64,000 bases of DNA from Torpedo marmorata. Lineage: Eukaryota. Below the pieces are notes generated by a model that saw only the letters and a program-made list of their open reading frames with translations, ran no database searches and was not told where the DNA came from. Position 1 is the first letter of the stretch, and every line of letters begins with the position of its first letter. Location: assembly GCA_977017645.1 (NCBI GenBank), contig OZ360220.1:212412001-212476000 (forward strand), in the 5' to 3' direction. Positions 60,320-64,000 of the stretch are shown in pieces. The position numbers and the translations under genes were made by a program.

Positions 60320-62992
60320 GCAAGGACAGTAAGGTTGGGGGCAGCCAGCCTTGGATAAATAACTAAGGAAATAAAGGAAGGCATCAAACTAAAAACTCGT
60401 GCATACAAAGTCAGCAAGAGCAGTGGGAAACTAGAAGATTGGGAAAACTTCAAAAAGCAAAAAAAAGAACCACGAAGCGAGCAATAAAGAGAGGGAAGGT
60501 AGACGATAAGAAAAGATTAGCACAAAATCTAAAAATTGACAGTAAAAGTTTTTATAATTACATAAAGCACAAAAGCGTGGCAAAAGTGAAGGTTGGTCCC
60601 TTGAAGGATGAGAAGGGGAATTGATATTGGGTATAGTGACTTCAATCCAACAAATAGTCACTTGGAGGCTAGGTGAGATGCTTGTTCTTGACGCGTTTCA
60701 TTAATTTACTAACAAGTCCAATAGGTTCAAAAAACTTTATTTACACACGTGACTTGCAGCAATCTTCAATGACTTAAATATCTTCTTTAAACGAAACATA
60801 AACAATTCTTGATAACGATGCTTAATAAATTCCTTTAAACAATTCCTTTAAATGATTCCTTTAAATGTCTTTAAACATTCAAAGAAAGGACTTTAAACGA
60901 TCAATGAAACGTCTTTAAACGTTCAATGAAAGATATGACGATCTTACTCACCCTCCTCTAAGCCTCCATCTTTTTCTATTCTTTATTTCACGATTCGCGC
61001 ATGCTCCCTGCGCATATTCCACCGCGCATACTACACCGCGCATACTCCACCGCGCACACTCCACCGTGCATACTGCCGTCAATTCCCAACTGTGCATGCG
61101 CCCGTCGGCACTCCCGCGCATGCGCAGAGTACTAAATAGGCCTAGTACGGCCCACCAAACACCGCGACTCCTCCGAACCCCGCCGAGACCATCGGAACGC
61201 TGCGATAAAGGTAAGTAACTAAACCTACGGCTCTTACATTGGGTAATGAGGAAATGGCTGAGGCTTTGAATGACTATTTTGTGTCGGTCTTCATGGTGGA
61301 GGACATGTCGAACATGCCAAAGACAGATGTTATGGATGTGATGGGAGGTGAGGACCTGGATGTAACAGCTATCACTAAAGAGATCGTACTCAGAAAACTT
61401 GAGGGTCTAAAGATAGTTAAGTCCCCTGGTCCTGATGGAATGCATCCCAGGGTACTGAAAGAAATGGCAGAAGTTATAGTCGAGCCTTTGGTGATAATTT
61501 ACCAAAATTCTCTGGACTCTGGGCAGGGCCCGGTGGATTGGAAGATGGCAAATGTCATGCTACTATTCAAAAAAGGATGTAGGCAAAAGGCAGAGAACTA
61601 TAGGCCAGTTAGTTTAACATCTATAGTTTGGAAAATGTTTGAAGCTATCATTAAAGAAGAAATAGCGAGGCATCTGGAGCGAAATAGATCCATCAGACAG
61701 CACAGCATGGATACAGCAACGGCAGGTCCTGTTTGACAAAGTTACTGGAGTTCTGTGAGGATATAACGAGCGCGGTAGATGGAGGGGAGCAGATGGACGT
61801 TGTTTACCTGGATTTCCAGAAGGTGTTCGATAAGGTGCCGCATAAAACTTATATACAGAAAATAAGGATGCATAGAGTTGGGGGTGATGTATTAGCATGG
61901 ATAGAGGATTGGTTAACCAATAGAAAGCAGAGAGTTGGGATACAGGGGTGTTTTTGTGGTTGGCAATCGGTGGTGAGCGGTGTGCCGCAGGGGTTGGTGC
62001 TGAGCCAGAAACAGTACATGATATACATAAATGATCTGGAAGAGGGGACAGAGGTTAATGTATCTAAGTTTGCTGATGACACTAAATTGAGTGGAAAAGC
62101 AAATTGTGCAGAGGATACAGAGAGTCTGCAGAGAGATATAGATAGGTTGTGAGTGGACAAGGGACTGGCAGATGGAGTACAATGTTGGTAAATGTGAGGT
62201 TATCCACTTTGGAAGGAAAAATGGAAGATCAGAGTATTATTTAAATGGGAAGTGATTGCAGCATACTGCCGTACGGAATGACTTGGGAGTGCTTGTGTAT
62301 GAATCGCAAAAGGTCGGCTTGCAGGTGCAGCAGGCTATCAAGAAGGCAAATGGAATGTTGTTCTTCATTGCTAGAGGGATTGAGTTTAGGAGCAGGGAGG
62401 TTAGCTGCAACTGTACAAGGTACTGGTGAGACTGCATCTGGAGTACTGCGTGCAGTTCCGGTCTTACTTGAGGAAGGATGTACTGGCTTTGGAGGCGGTG
62501 CAGAGGAGGTTCACCAGGTTGATTCCAGAGATGAGGGGGTTAGCCTATGAGGAGAGATTGAGTCGTATGGGACTGTACTCATAGAATTTAGAAGAATGAG
62601 AGGGGATCTTATAGAAACATATTAAATTAGGAAAGGCATAGATATGATAAAGGTCTGTAAGTTGTTTACATTGGTGGGGGAGATCATAACTTGGGGACAT
62701 AGCCTCAAGATACAGGGTGGTAGATTTAGGACGGAGATGAGGAGGAACTGCTTTTCCCAGAGGGCAGTGAATCTGTGGAATTCGCTGCCCATTGAAGTAG
62801 TGGAGGCTACCTCAGTAAATATATTTAAGACAAGGATGGATAGATTTTTACTTAGTTGGGGAATTAAGGGATATTGGGAAAAGGTAGATAGGTGGAGATG
62901 AGCCTATCATCAGATCACCCATGATCTCATTGAATGCGAAGCAGGCTTGATGGGCCAGGTGGCCTTCTCCTGCTTCTATTTCTTATGTTCTT
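60320..62992 (+). mobile_element. Degraded 5'-truncated CR1 ORF2 interrupted by a BEL solo LTR
   Basis: PWITKE, KSFYNYIK, KSPGPDG, NYRPVSLTS, YLDFQKVFDK, KFADDTK and a 3' UTR. Confidence 0.85.
60632..61238 (-). mobile_element. Solo LTR (607 bp) of the same BEL/Pao family as 5016-11107
   Basis: Colinear with 10528-11107. TSD TTGGG (60627-60631, 61239-61243). Confidence 0.92.
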
Positions 62993-62994
62993 AT

Positions 62995-64000
62995 GGCACC
63001 CCTCATCCTTCATCGCTTCAAGGAGAAAATACCAAGTTCACTCAACCTATCCTCATAAGAAATGCTCTCCAATCAGGCAGCATCCTTCTACATCTCCTCT
63101 GCGACCTCTATATAGCATCCACATCCTTCCTGCAGTGAAGTGACCAGAACTGAACATAATAGTCAAAGTAGGGTTGCACTAAGGTCTTACATAGCTGCAA
63201 CATTACCTTATGGCTCTTGATTTCAATCCCACTGTTAATGAAGGCTAACACATCATACACCTTCTTAATAACACTATCAACCTTGATATCCATACCTTGA
63301 TGAAGGGCTCAAGCCAGAAATGTCAGTTATATATCATTATATTTGCTATATAAAGTACACTGTTTAACCTGCGAGTTTCTCCAGCATTGTTTTTTTACTT
63401 CAACCACAGTGTCTGCAGACTTTCGTGTTTTACTTCCATCAATATGTGCAGCACCTTTGAGTGTTCTATGGACAGACTCCAAGATCTCTCAGTTCCTTCA
63501 CACTGCTCAGAGTCCTCCCATTAACATTGTATTCTGCCTTCAAATTTGACCGACCAAAATGAGCCACTTCATATTTTTCTGGGTTAAACTCCATCTGCCA
63601 CTTCTTAGCCCAGCTCTGCATCCTATCAATGCCCCTTTGTAAACTCTGGCAACACTGCAAACTATCCACAACACTACCCACCTTTATGTCATCCACATAC
63701 TTACTAATCCACACTTCTACTTCCTTGTCCATGTCATTTATAAAAATCATAAAGAAGGTGGATCCCAGAATAAATACCTATGGAACACCACTGGTCCTTG
63801 CAGAATATGAACCATCTGCAGCCACACTCTGCCTTCTGTGGGCAAGTCAATTCTGTATCCACAAAGCAAGGCCTCCTTGGATTCCATGCCTCCTTACTTT
63901 CTGAATGAGCCTTGCATGGGGAATCTTATCAAATGCCTTACTAGAATCCATTTCCACCTCATCCATTGTTCTACCTTCATCAATGTTCTTAGTTATATCT
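62995..64000 (-). mobile_element. Degraded CR1 ORF2 fragment carrying a plus-strand Penelope terminal fragment (about 63283-63437)
   Basis: IFINDMD..KYVDD.K, WQMEFN.EK, VQFWS. The insert contains TTGATGAAGGGCTCAAGCCAGAAA. Confidence 0.8.

Overview
Vertebrate genomic DNA, probably a cartilaginous fish (shark or ray), judging by the repeat repertoire. It is almost entirely intron. Two minus-strand coding exons of an ADAMTSL1-like (punctin-1) gene lie at 53063-53108 (46 bp) and 683-919 (237 bp), joined by a 52,143-bp GT-AG intron. The rest is nested mobile DNA: CR1, L1, Rex1/Babar and Penelope retroelements, two full-length Gypsy elements, a BEL/Pao element plus solo LTRs, tRNA- and 5S-derived SINEs, a hAT element and a Tigger end. 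The main result is a non-autonomous BEL/Pao element (5016-11107) whose RT/RNaseH/integrase region is replaced by a coiled-coil frame. That frame continues in register from the protease and contains an intron-less segment resembling the host gene MIPOL1. Also notable are a probably self-primed Gypsy element, hammerhead-like motifs with a shared core variant, a twin-primed inverted L1 inside a 9.5-kb hAT with intact ends, and a 5S-derived SINE with a Rex-like tail. Family and gene assignments come from motif recognition and recalled sequences, not database searches. Boundaries without a stated TSD are approximate.
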